A stretch of 42,503 nt of DNA from Nitrospinae bacterium RIFCSPLOWO2_12_39_16 (GTDB lineage Bacteria; Nitrospinota; Nitrospinia; UBA9942). Shown one piece after another: positions 31,545-39,893 of the stretch. The notes beneath the pieces were generated by a model that was given only the letters and a program-made list of their open reading frames with translations, did no database searches and was not told where the DNA came from. Position numbers and translations under genes: made by a program. The stretch is taken from the NCBI GenBank assembly GCA_001805005.1, contig MHDO01000149.1, positions 1 to 42,503 of the forward strand, read 5' to 3'. Each line of letters opens with the position of its first letter. The first letter of the stretch is position 1.

Positions 31545-32012
31545 ATGAAAGGGTGGCTTTTAAAAATCCAAAATCCAAAATCCAAAATCAAAAATAATGA
31601 GAGGGGTTTTACTCTGATAGAGCTATTAATAGTACTCATAATCCTTGGTCTGCTCGCTGCGCTGGTAGTGCCGAGATTTTTTGGTCATGTTGGAAAATCT
31701 AAACTCAAGGTAGCAAAAATGCAGATAGAACTCTTTGGCACTGCTCTGGATGCGATGCGTTTGGATATAGGGAGATATCCTGCAACCGATGAGGGTTTGG
31801 CATTGTTACGGACGAATACAGGAAATGTGGATAGGTGGAGGGGTCCATATATACCCAAAGATATACCACTTGATCCATGGAGAAGACCCTATGCATACAT
31901 TTCTCCAAGTGAATATGGAGAATATGAGATCATATCCTATGGTGCCGATGGTGCGGCTGGTGGCATAGGGGAAGACCAAGATATTGTCAACTGGAAAGAC
32001 ATTGAGGAATAA
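31545..32012 (+). CDS. gspG: type II secretion major pseudopilin GspG
   Basis: AAGGAG 31533-31538 lies 6 nt before ATG 31545. Prepilin site ..NNERG/FTLIELLIVLIILGLLAALVVPRF. GspG signatures AKMQIELFGTALDAMRLDIGRYP, WRGPYI, DPWRRPY, SYGADG. Confidence 0.9.
   Translation: MKGWLLKIQNPKSKIKNNERGFTLIELLIVLIILGLLAALVVPRFFGHVGKSKLKVAKMQIELFGTALDAMRLDIGRYPATDEGLALLRTNTGNVDRWRGPYIPKDIPLDPWRRPYAYISPSEYGEYEIISYGADGAAGGIGEDQDIVNWKDIEE
31562..31593 (+). repeat. octamer STR (AAAATCCA)x3 AAAATCAA inside the GspG prepilin leader
   Basis: Encodes KIQNPKSKIK upstream of the G/F cleavage site. Confidence 0.9.
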
Positions 32013-32556
32013 TAAGATTTACGAATTAAGAATTGCAAATCTAAAATTTAAAATTGCAAAACATGAATCGATTAGGGGTTTTACTATGGTGGAACTCCTT
32101 GTAGTTCTGTTCCTCATAGGGCTGATGCTTTTGATTGCTGTGCCCTCTCTCCTGCATACCGTAGAATCTCTTAAATTCAAGGCAACTGCCCGTCAGATAG
32201 TCTCAACACTTAAGTTTGCCAGAAATACCGCAGTATTTAAACAGAGGTATCAGGTTGTTGGTTTTGATATAGATAATAATCTCTACTTCTTAGGGGGACA
32301 GGGAATTGCTGGGTATGAAGATACTCTTTCAAAGAGTATAAAAACTTTTAAGCTCCCTTCAGATGTTTCTATTAAATCCATGGAGATGGCGGAAGATAGG
32401 ATTGAGTCAGGAAAAGGTAATATCCTGTTTTATCCTGATGGGAGTTCCAGCAGCGGGGCAATCATAGTAAAAAATAAGAAGACTGATGAAGGTTTTAGAA
32501 TTGAAGTAGATGTCTTTACCGGTCTTACACATGTAACCTTTGATAGTGTTAGTTAA
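31984..32556 (+). CDS. gspH: type II secretion minor pseudopilin GspH-like
   Basis: Prepilin site ..SIRG/FTMVELLVVLFLIGLMLLIAVPS. ARQIVSTLKFARNTAV. The start is uncertain: 31984 is TTG and overlaps gspG, and there is no in-frame ATG before the cleavage site. Confidence 0.7.
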   Translation: MSTGKTLRNNKIYELRIANLKFKIAKHESIRGFTMVELLVVLFLIGLMLLIAVPSLLHTVESLKFKATARQIVSTLKFARNTAVFKQRYQVVGFDIDNNLYFLGGQGIAGYEDTLSKSIKTFKLPSDVSIKSMEMAEDRIESGKGNILFYPDGSSSSGAIIVKNKKTDEGFRIEVDVFTGLTHVTFDSVS

Positions 32557-32615
32557 TAGTGGCAGTTTAAGTTGAAAAATGCTCCCCCTAACACTGTCAC
32601 TGAAACTGACATTGT

Positions 32616-33017
32616 ATGAACAACGATAAGGGTTTTAGTCTTATAGAGGTATTGGTTGCTATTACTATACTGGGGATTACCCTCGGAATCATCATGCCCC
32701 TCTTCTCTGGGGCAATGAGGTCGGTACGTGCATCAGAAGAATATTCTCAAGCAATTCTCTTGGCGAAAAAGGGTATGGAAGATACAGTTCTCATGGAGGA
32801 TATCCACTTGGGAACAGAGGAGGGGAGTTTTGGTAATGGTTATACATGGAAGAGAACTATAAGCCCTTTTGAGATATCTGAAGAAGAAGAATATTTAAAT
32901 GAGAACCTTCCCTTTAATCTATATGATGTTGAAGTAAAAGTGGAATGGATGAGTGCGAGTGTGGAGAAGGCTATGAGTCTTAGGAGTGTAATCCTCAGAG
33001 AGGCTGCTGAGGAATAG
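32616..33017 (+). CDS. gspI: type II secretion minor pseudopilin GspI-like
   Basis: MNNDKG/FSLIEVLVAITILGITLGIIMPLF. Size (133 aa) and position between the H-like and J-like genes. Confidence 0.7.
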   Translation: MNNDKGFSLIEVLVAITILGITLGIIMPLFSGAMRSVRASEEYSQAILLAKKGMEDTVLMEDIHLGTEEGSFGNGYTWKRTISPFEISEEEEYLNENLPFNLYDVEVKVEWMSASVEKAMSLRSVILREAAEE

Positions 33018-33020
33018 GTT

Positions 33021-33091
33021 ACAAGAAGAAAGATGTAAGAAGCAAGATACAAGATTTTTTCTTGTTTCTTGCCTCTGACCTCTTGCTTCTT
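33021..33091. repeat. intergenic heptamer STR palindrome between gspI and gspJ
   Basis: ACAAGAA GAAAGAT GTAAGAA GCAAGAT ACAAGAT 33021-33055, TTTTT, CTTGTTT CTTGCCT CTGACCT CTTGCTT 33061-33088. Core stem GCAAGATACAAG / CTTGTTTCTTGC is 11/12 complementary. Confidence 0.9.
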
Positions 33092-33778
33092 ATGGAGTAT
33101 ATGCCTAAAAGGTTTCACAGAATATTTGCCGAAGATAAAGGATTCACATTATTGGAGATACTCGTCTCAATATTCATATTGAGTATGGTTGGCGTTCTGA
33201 TATTACAGGGATTAAGGCTTGGTTATAAGGTGTGGGAGAAGGGAGAATCAAAGGTTGCCCACCAACAAAGGGTGAGAATTGCATTAGATACAATTTCTAA
33301 ACAACTAAGCTCTGTTTATCCCTTTTTTGTAAAGAATGAAGATGGAAGCCTCTCTCCTGTGTTCAAGGTAGAGCCAAAAATGATACAGTTTATAACGAGC
33401 AGACCTATAGGGCAAAGCAATCGCGAAGGGCTATTTTTTGTAAGCTATAGTTTGAGAAATGTTCCTTATTCAGAAAAGAAGACACTATTTGCCTATCAGA
33501 AACCTATTTACATGATTGAGGATTTTAAAAATTTTGATATAAATGATGGCGAGTCGATTAATTTAATCTTTGATATATTTGACATAGAATGGAGCTATTC
33601 ATCATGGGAAGATGGGGGATTAGAAGGGTCTTTAGAGATACAGAAAGAGAGAGAAAAATCCCTGCCCAAAGAAGTTATGCTGACACTGAAGCACAGTGAA
33701 GGTGAGCATAGCTATCTTACAAATGTTATAATTCCCCTTATGATGGCAAGCAAGAAGCCACTAAAAGAGAGGACATAA
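33092..33778 (+). CDS. gspJ: type II secretion minor pseudopilin GspJ-like
   Basis: ATG 33092: MEYMPKRFHRIFAEDKG/FTLLEILVSIFILSMVGVLIL. ORF-track TTG 33062 lies inside the intergenic palindrome 33021-33091. Confidence 0.7.
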   Translation: MEYMPKRFHRIFAEDKGFTLLEILVSIFILSMVGVLILQGLRLGYKVWEKGESKVAHQQRVRIALDTISKQLSSVYPFFVKNEDGSLSPVFKVEPKMIQFITSRPIGQSNREGLFFVSYSLRNVPYSEKKTLFAYQKPIYMIEDFKNFDINDGESINLIFDIFDIEWSYSSWEDGGLEGSLEIQKEREKSLPKEVMLTLKHSEGEHSYLTNVIIPLMMASKKPLKERT

Positions 33779-33782
33779 AAAG

Positions 33783-33878
33783 GTGTCAGTGCAAGTGACA
33801 GTGTTTAAAAAAAATAAAAGCAGTATCATCGCGGGTGTCAGTAAAAAAGTACTTACACTGAAAACTGACACTGACACT
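33783..33878. repeat. hexamer STR palindrome at the 5' end of gspK
   Basis: GTGTCA GTGCAA GTGACA GTGTTT 33783-33806 against ACACTG AAAACT GACACT GACACT 33855-33878. Confidence 0.8.
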
Positions 33879-34886
33879 TTAAATGAGAAAGGTGTTGCGC
33901 TCATCCTGATTTTGTGGGTTGTCATCTTTCTGGGTGTTATTGTGAATACCTTTGCATGGATGGTTCGCACTGAGGTTCAGGCAGTTGGTAATTTTAAGGA
34001 AGAGATAAATGCTTATTACCTTGCCAGAGGTGGTTTTCAGCGGACTATCATGGAGTTGTTAAAGAGTCAAGGAAGCACTGACAGGGAGCCTCTAAAAGAA
34101 GGGTTAAAGTTGGATGGCAGGGTTAACATGGTCCATTTTCAAGATGGACATGCAGAGGTTAGAATAATTGATGAAAGTGGGAAGATAGATATAAATGTGG
34201 CAAGTAGAGATGATATTATCAGGGTTCTTACTGCTCTGGATATTGAGGTTGAAGATAAGGATGTAATAGCAGATTCTATACTTGACTGGATTGATGAGAA
34301 TAACTTTCATAGACTCAACGGGGCTGAGGACGATTATTACAGGTTGCTTCCTAAACCATATCGTGCGAAAAATGAACCACTTGTCACAGTGGATGAACTC
34401 TTGTGGGTCAGGGGTATTACCCCGAAAATATTCTATAATACTGTGATAGACCGAAGTTCTGACCCTGAACTTGTTTCATGGGAAGCAGAAGCTCAGAGTG
34501 TAGTGGAGGAAAATCTATCAGGAGAAGAAGAAATATTCAGGGCAGGGATGGAGAGTGTCTTTACAGTGTTTACCGGTTCTAATAAAATAAATATTAATAC
34601 TGCACCTTTACCCCTCCTTTTATCTATCCCTACTATTGACGAGGTCAAGGCTGAAAAAATAATCACTATAAGGGAAGAAAGCCCCTTTCGTGATATGAGT
34701 GACTTAATAAGGGCAGTTACATTACCCCCTGAATTTGGAAAATTTATTAGTTTTTCTTCCTCAGGGATATATACTATAGAGGTTGTAGGAAAATTAAATG
34801 GAAGCCATGTAAGGCGGTCCTTTAAATCGGTAATCAAAATCAAGGGGAAGACTGATTATGAGATACTTTATTGGAAGGAAGGATAA
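33783..34886 (+). CDS. gspK: type II secretion minor pseudopilin GspK-like
   Basis: ..NEKGVALILILWVVIFLGVIV, DESGKIDINVAS, PLVTVDELLWVRGIT, NINTAPLPLLLSIPTIDEVKAEKIITIREESPFRDMSDL (HhH-like), all typical of GspK. GTG start at 33783; the first ~30 codons cross an STR palindrome. Confidence 0.8.
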   Translation: MSVQVTVFKKNKSSIIAGVSKKVLTLKTDTDTLNEKGVALILILWVVIFLGVIVNTFAWMVRTEVQAVGNFKEEINAYYLARGGFQRTIMELLKSQGSTDREPLKEGLKLDGRVNMVHFQDGHAEVRIIDESGKIDINVASRDDIIRVLTALDIEVEDKDVIADSILDWIDENNFHRLNGAEDDYYRLLPKPYRAKNEPLVTVDELLWVRGITPKIFYNTVIDRSSDPELVSWEAEAQSVVEENLSGEEEIFRAGMESVFTVFTGSNKININTAPLPLLLSIPTIDEVKAEKIITIREESPFRDMSDLIRAVTLPPEFGKFISFSSSGIYTIEVVGKLNGSHVRRSFKSVIKIKGKTDYEILYWKEG

Positions 34887-34931
34887 ATATATAGCAAAAT
34901 TAAAGTGTTTAGATTATAATATGCCAATTTT

Positions 34932-36389
34932 ATGATACTAACAAAGTCAGCATTAGGGATAAGCTTTTGGGATGATAGGGTTGACCTCCTCTACTTAAAG
35001 CGTTCTTTTGGCAAGACCACTGTGGTAAATAGTCTCTCTGTACCTTTTGTATACGGGATGAAGATGGAGGAGTTTGAAATGGGTGTATCAGACTTTGTGA
35101 AGGCAAATCGACTTCAAAGGATAATGCCCTATGTTGCCCTTCCACGAAGGGATGTTATACTTCTTAATATTGAATTACCTGTTAAAGTTGAAGAGAATTT
35201 GAGTGAAGTAATAGGTTATGAGTTGGATAATTATACACCTTTTTCCGTGGATACCGCCTATTTTGATTTTCAAAATTTGGGACATACTTTGGATGGGAGT
35301 AAAGTCAGAATACTTCTTGTTGCTATAGAAAAAAGTCGTCTCAAATATTATCATGATATCCTTAAAGGGGTTGGGCTTGAGCCTATTTCTATGGAGGTAA
35401 GCTCCACTGCCATTGCCAGAATAATTCCATCTGATAGCCTCACTGGTGGTAAGAATATCGTCCTTTACGTTGGGGCTAATATCTGCGAGCTCTCCTTTCA
35501 TAATGAAAAGAATATGGAATATTCAAGGGATTTTGATAGACCTCATCCGAAAGTTAGTTTAGGAAAGGAGCAAATTGCAGATACAATTTTAAAGGAATAC
35601 AGAAGGATATCCCCTTTAAGTGTTGGTGAACATGAAATAGGGGAAATAAAGAAGATAATTGTATTAGGAGATGGAACTTCTGATGAGGAGTTTCTAAAGA
35701 AAATTTCTGATGCTACAGGTAAGGAAGCAGTAAGGGTTGAAACTTTTAAAGATATAGATATAAAAGACAGCTCTGGTATTCAATTTCAGATGGCCGCTCT
35801 TGGCTGCGGTCTAAGAGGACTTAATGAAAATATTGCTGCAATGAATCTCCTTCCTGTGAAGGTAAATGTAGATAAGTCATCCAGAGTTCTACGACTTACA
35901 GCGATAATATTATTCATTTTTTTAGTATCTCTATGGGGGGGAGGGATTGTCTTACGAATAAAGAAGGAGACTAACACTCTAAGCCAGATTAAAGAAAAGA
36001 TAATGCTTATGGAAAGACAAGCTATAGCTCTTGAAAAACTTAAAAAAGAGGCCATTGTTATGGAAGAGCGTCTTCCTCAGCTTAATAATTTCAGTAAAAG
36101 GAGAGTGCTCTTTCTTTCTGTTCTTAAGGAGCTTACTGATGTTATTCCATCGGATACTTACCTGACCATGCTTAAATATCATGATAATGAGATAGAAATT
36201 GTTGGGCGTTCAGTATCGGCAGTTACCCTTCTCTCTCTCCTTGAGGCATCACCTGTTTTTAAAGATGTGGAATTCTCTGCTACAGTGAAAAGAAAAGAGG
36301 TGGTTGGTGGAAGGGGGTCCATCCCTTTTATTGGTGAGGGCGTATATTTAGAAAACTTTAGTATTAAAGCAAAATTAGAGAGTTTGTAA
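34932..36389 (+). CDS. gspL: T2SS assembly protein GspL-like (PilM-like cytoplasmic domain + TM + PilN-like periplasmic domain)
   Basis: N-terminal actin-like PilM pattern. TM VLRLTAIILFIFLVSLWGGGIVL. Coiled coil. C-terminal DTYLTMLKYHDNEIEIVGRSVSAVTLLSLLEASPVFKDVEF. Positioned after gspK. Confidence 0.7.
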   Translation: MILTKSALGISFWDDRVDLLYLKRSFGKTTVVNSLSVPFVYGMKMEEFEMGVSDFVKANRLQRIMPYVALPRRDVILLNIELPVKVEENLSEVIGYELDNYTPFSVDTAYFDFQNLGHTLDGSKVRILLVAIEKSRLKYYHDILKGVGLEPISMEVSSTAIARIIPSDSLTGGKNIVLYVGANICELSFHNEKNMEYSRDFDRPHPKVSLGKEQIADTILKEYRRISPLSVGEHEIGEIKKIIVLGDGTSDEEFLKKISDATGKEAVRVETFKDIDIKDSSGIQFQMAALGCGLRGLNENIAAMNLLPVKVNVDKSSRVLRLTAIILFIFLVSLWGGGIVLRIKKETNTLSQIKEKIMLMERQAIALEKLKKEAIVMEERLPQLNNFSKRRVLFLSVLKELTDVIPSDTYLTMLKYHDNEIEIVGRSVSAVTLLSLLEASPVFKDVEFSATVKRKEVVGGRGSIPFIGEGVYLENFSIKAKLESL

Positions 36390-36971
36390 GTGAAGATTAC
36401 AAAGGGAACCAAAAGAGTTATAATATACGGCGGGGTATTGACAGGCATCGTTGCCTGCTACACTTTACTCTTTGAGCCTATCATGAAATATGAGTCAAAA
36501 ATGATGAAAGATATCTCACTTAAGACAGAACTCTTAAATCGTTATAAAACTACCCTTGAGGGCAGAACTGATATTGAGGCGAGATCAAGAAGGGCAAAGA
36601 CCATAATAGAGAGGACAAAGAACCGTATCTTTTTTGCAAAAACTCATGCTCTGGCTGCAGCTCAGCTTCAGTCCATCATACAGAACAGCGCAGGAAGATA
36701 TAATGTGATGATTAAGAGTATTAACATAAAAAAAACGGAGAAGCCTGTCCAGTCAAATCTTAAAACAAGAGTTGGTGGTTATAACACGATATCCCTTCAG
36801 CTTGTCACCTATAGTAATATCAAAGGACTCATTGATTTCCTTTATGATCTTGAAACAGCTGCAAAGTTTATTAATATAAACTCAGTTACTATAAAAGGCG
36901 AAATTGTAAAAGAGGCATCAAGGCTTGATGCAATTCTTATTGTTGAGGGACTTGCTGAGGTGGAAAGCTAA
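36390..36971 (+). CDS. gspM: T2SS assembly protein GspM/PilO-like
   Basis: GTG start abuts the gspL stop. Single N-terminal TM VIIYGGVLTGIVACYTLLF, coiled coil, and C-terminal alpha/beta domain. Position after gspL. Confidence 0.6.
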   Translation: MKITKGTKRVIIYGGVLTGIVACYTLLFEPIMKYESKMMKDISLKTELLNRYKTTLEGRTDIEARSRRAKTIIERTKNRIFFAKTHALAAAQLQSIIQNSAGRYNVMIKSINIKKTEKPVQSNLKTRVGGYNTISLQLVTYSNIKGLIDFLYDLETAAKFININSVTIKGEIVKEASRLDAILIVEGLAEVES

Positions 36972-36985
36972 ACTAAACACTTTTT

Positions 36986-37666
36986 ATGAAAAAAGTCTTT
37001 ATTATAGTAAACATTTTTTTATTGTTTCTGATCTTTTTTGAGGGATGGCAGTTTTTAAAAGTATGGTCAGCTGAATCAGCCCTCTCCTTCATAAAGCAAG
37101 GGGCTGTTAGTCTTCCCGTTTTACCCACAACTGAAGGGAGGGGGAGAGGTAAATCCGATAAAAAAAATGATTCCCTGCGAGAGGGTATGGTATTATCGGA
37201 GACGAGCTTTGAAAAAGAGGGAGAGAAATTATTGCCCTTAAATGAATTTTTTGCAGGGGTTATTGAAAAAAACCTTTTTCACACACAAAGGAGAGAGGGG
37301 GCTGAGGAGATTAAGGTGGAATCGCAAACATCACCATTATCAAAGCCGAAAGCAAAACCAATTATCATGGAAGGGATTGTTATCATCGGGAATTATAAGG
37401 CTGTAATTATTAAAGATACTGTACCCCATGTCAAGGGGGGACGTCTAACAAGGAGGGTACGGATAGGTGATACCATTGAAGACCAAAAAGTCATTGCTAT
37501 AATGGAGGATAGGATTGTTGTCAAAGATGAGGAGGGTGAAAGGGTCATAAAGATGCATGACTCTGATAGACCTCTGCGACCACAAATAACCGAGAATACT
37601 GGGGGGGCTCCAGCACAGACGGTGCCATTAGAAATACCTCTACTGTCTCCACCTCCGGCATCTTAA
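36986..37666 (+). CDS. GspC/PilP-like secretin-interacting protein
   Basis: N-terminal TM VFIIVNIFLLFLIFFEGWQFL. C-terminal beta domain IIMEGIVIIGNYKAVIIKD..RVRIGDTIEDQKVIAIMEDRIVVKDEEG, typical of the GspC HR/PilP domain. Lies directly upstream of the secretin. Confidence 0.55.
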   Translation: MKKVFIIVNIFLLFLIFFEGWQFLKVWSAESALSFIKQGAVSLPVLPTTEGRGRGKSDKKNDSLREGMVLSETSFEKEGEKLLPLNEFFAGVIEKNLFHTQRREGAEEIKVESQTSPLSKPKAKPIIMEGIVIIGNYKAVIIKDTVPHVKGGRLTRRVRIGDTIEDQKVIAIMEDRIVVKDEEGERVIKMHDSDRPLRPQITENTGGAPAQTVPLEIPLLSPPPAS

Positions 37667-37695
37667 ACATAAAGAAAGGGGGAAAAATTTAATGA

Positions 37696-37782
37696 GCCAC
37701 TGAGGCACAGAGAGACAAAGTGACAGAGAGTGATTGAGTCAAAACAGAAGATTTTTCTCTGACACTATGATTCTCGGACTCC
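37696..37782. repeat. degenerate octamer palindrome in spacer before gspD
   Basis: GCCACTGAGGCACAGAGAGACAAAGTGACAGAGAGTGATTGAGTC 37696-37740 against TTCTCTGACACTATGATTCTCGGACTCC 37755-37782. Arms share the CAGAGAG/CTCTCTG-type octamer family but pair poorly. Confidence 0.5.
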
Positions 37783-37824
37783 TTAATACTAAAAGATTCT
37801 GTGGCAAATTATGATTTCTTTAAT

Positions 37825-39837
37825 ATGAACAAAAAAAAGACTACCCAATTGAATTGTACATTTTTATTTTGTATCTTGTTTCTTGTATCTTGCCTCTTGC
37901 TTTTTACTCCTGTGGAGTTTTATGCACAGGAAAAACCCTTACAATTACAGGTCAATCCTCCTCAAAAAAATATAGAAGATAAACTTGGTAAAACTTCTGC
38001 CAAAAACATAGTCCTTAATTTTGATAATGCTGATATTTATGAAATTATAACTCTCGTATGTGATTTTTTAAAAATGGATTATATTATAGACCCAAGGGTT
38101 AGGGGAATGGTAAATATTCACACCACAGGAGAGATAACGCCGGACAACCTCTTTGACATCTTTACCACGATACTCAAGGTATCAGGGGCTGCAATAATCA
38201 AGGAAGGGGATATATATCATATAGTTCCAGCTACAGAGGCAAAGGGGATGCTTCTTATACCCAGGACAGACCAGGAGATACCTCCACCTGGTGATGAGAT
38301 AATATTTCAGGTAATCCAGCTTATGTATGTTCAGGCAAAGGAATTTATTAACATTATAAGACCCTTTACAACACAAGGTGCAGTACTAACTTCCTATGAC
38401 AGGGGGAACACTATTTTACTCATTGACTTTGCGAGTAATGTGAATAAGGTGTTAGAGATAATAAAGGTTATGGATGTAAGTATTTTTAGTGGTGTAGAGA
38501 TGAAGCTCTTTCCTATGAAGGAGGCTGATGTTGAGGATATAACAAAGGAGATGGAGAAACTCTTTGCATCGCTGAATGTATCTACCAAATCCGCTATATC
38601 GGTAGGGATAAATTTTATCTCCATTCCGAGACTGAATTCTCTTTTAGTTATGACATCCATACCTCAGATTATGGGGGAGGTGGAGAGGTGGATTGAGGTG
38701 TTGGATAAAGTGGAGAGCGGGGAAGAGATAAAGACATATATCTATCAGGTGAGGAATGGCATTGCCACCGATCTTACTGATATCTTGAATGAGATATTTG
38801 GAAGGAAAGGAATGGTATCAAAAAGGGCAGATGAGCTTAAAAAAAGAGCTGAGGCAGAAAAGAAACCAGCAGGTGAGCAAAAGGAGAGGACTGTCGCAAC
38901 AGAAAGACAACCTGCAGCTTCAGGAATTGGTGACAGTGCAGTGGAATTCATACCATATTCTATTACCAATACAATAATAATCAAGGCGGCTCTAAAGGAT
39001 TATAAGATGATAAAAGAAATGCTTGATGACCTTGATATTGCTCCCCGTCAGGTAATGATAGGGGTGTTTATTGCAGAGGTATCCCTGAATGACGATACAA
39101 GATTTGGGATAGATTATGCCCTGCGGAATGGAAAATTAGGCGAAGGGATATATAGTACTGCTGTTGGGACATCACTCGGTCTCTCTAAGGCTGGCACCAT
39201 AGCAGCGGGTGGACTTACCGCATCTGTAATAAGGGACGATTTCAGTGCTACCTTTAATGCACTGGCAAGCGAAGGCAGACTTAACATTCTTGCCTCTCCA
39301 CATATTCTTGCCAGAGATGGCAAAGAAGCAAGCATCAATATAGGCGATGAAGTCCCCATCATAACAAGTAGAACTATTACTGATGTTAGAGAATCTATAG
39401 CTATTGAGAGGAGAAATACTGGTGTTTTACTTAAGGTAACGCCTCATATTAATACTACAGGGTTGGTAACATTTGACCTTACCCTTGAGCTCAGCAATGC
39501 TGCATCGGCTGTACTGGCTGGTTCAACTGATATCAGGATATTTCAGCGCAAGGCAAATAACAGTATGGTGGTGCAGGATGGACAATCTGTACTTATAGGC
39601 GGGCTTATAAACGAACAGGAAGAGGATAGTATAACTAAGGTCCCTTTCCTTGGAGATATATTTCTTATAAAACACCTCTTCAGATATAAGTCAAAGACTA
39701 AAAAGAAAAATGAGCTGATTCTTCTTATTACACCGAGGGTGATTAGAAACTCTCAAGAGGCACGGGACATTACTACTGAATTCAGTGAAATGGTCAAGGG
39801 ACTTCAGGATAAGATTAAAGGGCGTATAAAAGAGTAA
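37825..39837 (+). CDS. gspD: type II secretion outer-membrane secretin GspD
   Basis: Signal peptide MNKKKTTQLNCTFLFCILFLVSCLLLFTPVEFYA/QE (ATG 37825; ORF-track GTG 37801 is an alternative). N0-N3 modules. Secretin core ..ILASPHILARDGKEASINIGDEVPI.., VPFLGDIFLIKHLFRYKSKTKKKNELILLITPRVI. Confidence 0.9.
   Translation: MNKKKTTQLNCTFLFCILFLVSCLLLFTPVEFYAQEKPLQLQVNPPQKNIEDKLGKTSAKNIVLNFDNADIYEIITLVCDFLKMDYIIDPRVRGMVNIHTTGEITPDNLFDIFTTILKVSGAAIIKEGDIYHIVPATEAKGMLLIPRTDQEIPPPGDEIIFQVIQLMYVQAKEFINIIRPFTTQGAVLTSYDRGNTILLIDFASNVNKVLEIIKVMDVSIFSGVEMKLFPMKEADVEDITKEMEKLFASLNVSTKSAISVGINFISIPRLNSLLVMTSIPQIMGEVERWIEVLDKVESGEEIKTYIYQVRNGIATDLTDILNEIFGRKGMVSKRADELKKRAEAEKKPAGEQKERTVATERQPAASGIGDSAVEFIPYSITNTIIIKAALKDYKMIKEMLDDLDIAPRQVMIGVFIAEVSLNDDTRFGIDYALRNGKLGEGIYSTAVGTSLGLSKAGTIAAGGLTASVIRDDFSATFNALASEGRLNILASPHILARDGKEASINIGDEVPIITSRTITDVRESIAIERRNTGVLLKVTPHINTTGLVTFDLTLELSNAASAVLAGSTDIRIFQRKANNSMVVQDGQSVLIGGLINEQEEDSITKVPFLGDIFLIKHLFRYKSKTKKKNELILLITPRVIRNSQEARDITTEFSEMVKGLQDKIKGRIKE
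37867..37901 (+). repeat. heptamer STR TTTTGTA TCTTGTT TCTTGTA TCTTGCC TCTTGCT in GspD signal peptide
   Basis: Encodes FCILFLVSCLLL. Confidence 0.9.
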
Positions 39838-39845
39838 ATTTAAAA

Positions 39846-39889
39846 AGTGTCATTGTCAGTGAATAGTGTCAGTAAAAGACACTCACACT
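39846..39889. repeat. hexamer STR palindrome in spacer before gspE
   Basis: AGTGTCATTGTCAGTGAATAGTGTCAGT 39846-39873, AAAA, GACACTCACACT 39878-39889. Core stem AGTGTC 39865-39870 / GACACT 39878-39883. Confidence 0.75.
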
Positions 39890-39893
39890 TATT

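Noticed and set aside
32528-32613. Possible palindrome between gspH and gspI (AGTGTTAG.. / CTAACACTGTCACTGAAACTGAC)
   Set aside because: The complementary blocks occur in the same order rather than mirrored order, so they cannot form one extended hairpin. Only the hexamer STR CTAACA CTGTCA CTGAAA CTGACA (32588-32611) is real.
33042-33072. Intergenic hairpins as Rho-independent terminators (also 24346-24406, 39865-39883)
   Set aside because: The stems are A/T-rich or have long loops, and none is followed by a U-tract. They sit between genes that must be co-expressed (gspI/gspJ, gspD/gspE).
1598-39889. STR palindromes as classical MITEs/IS remnants or evidence of a mobile island
   Set aside because: I found no transposase, integrase, consistent terminal inverted repeats or target-site duplications. 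The arms are built of variable unit types rather than one conserved element sequence.
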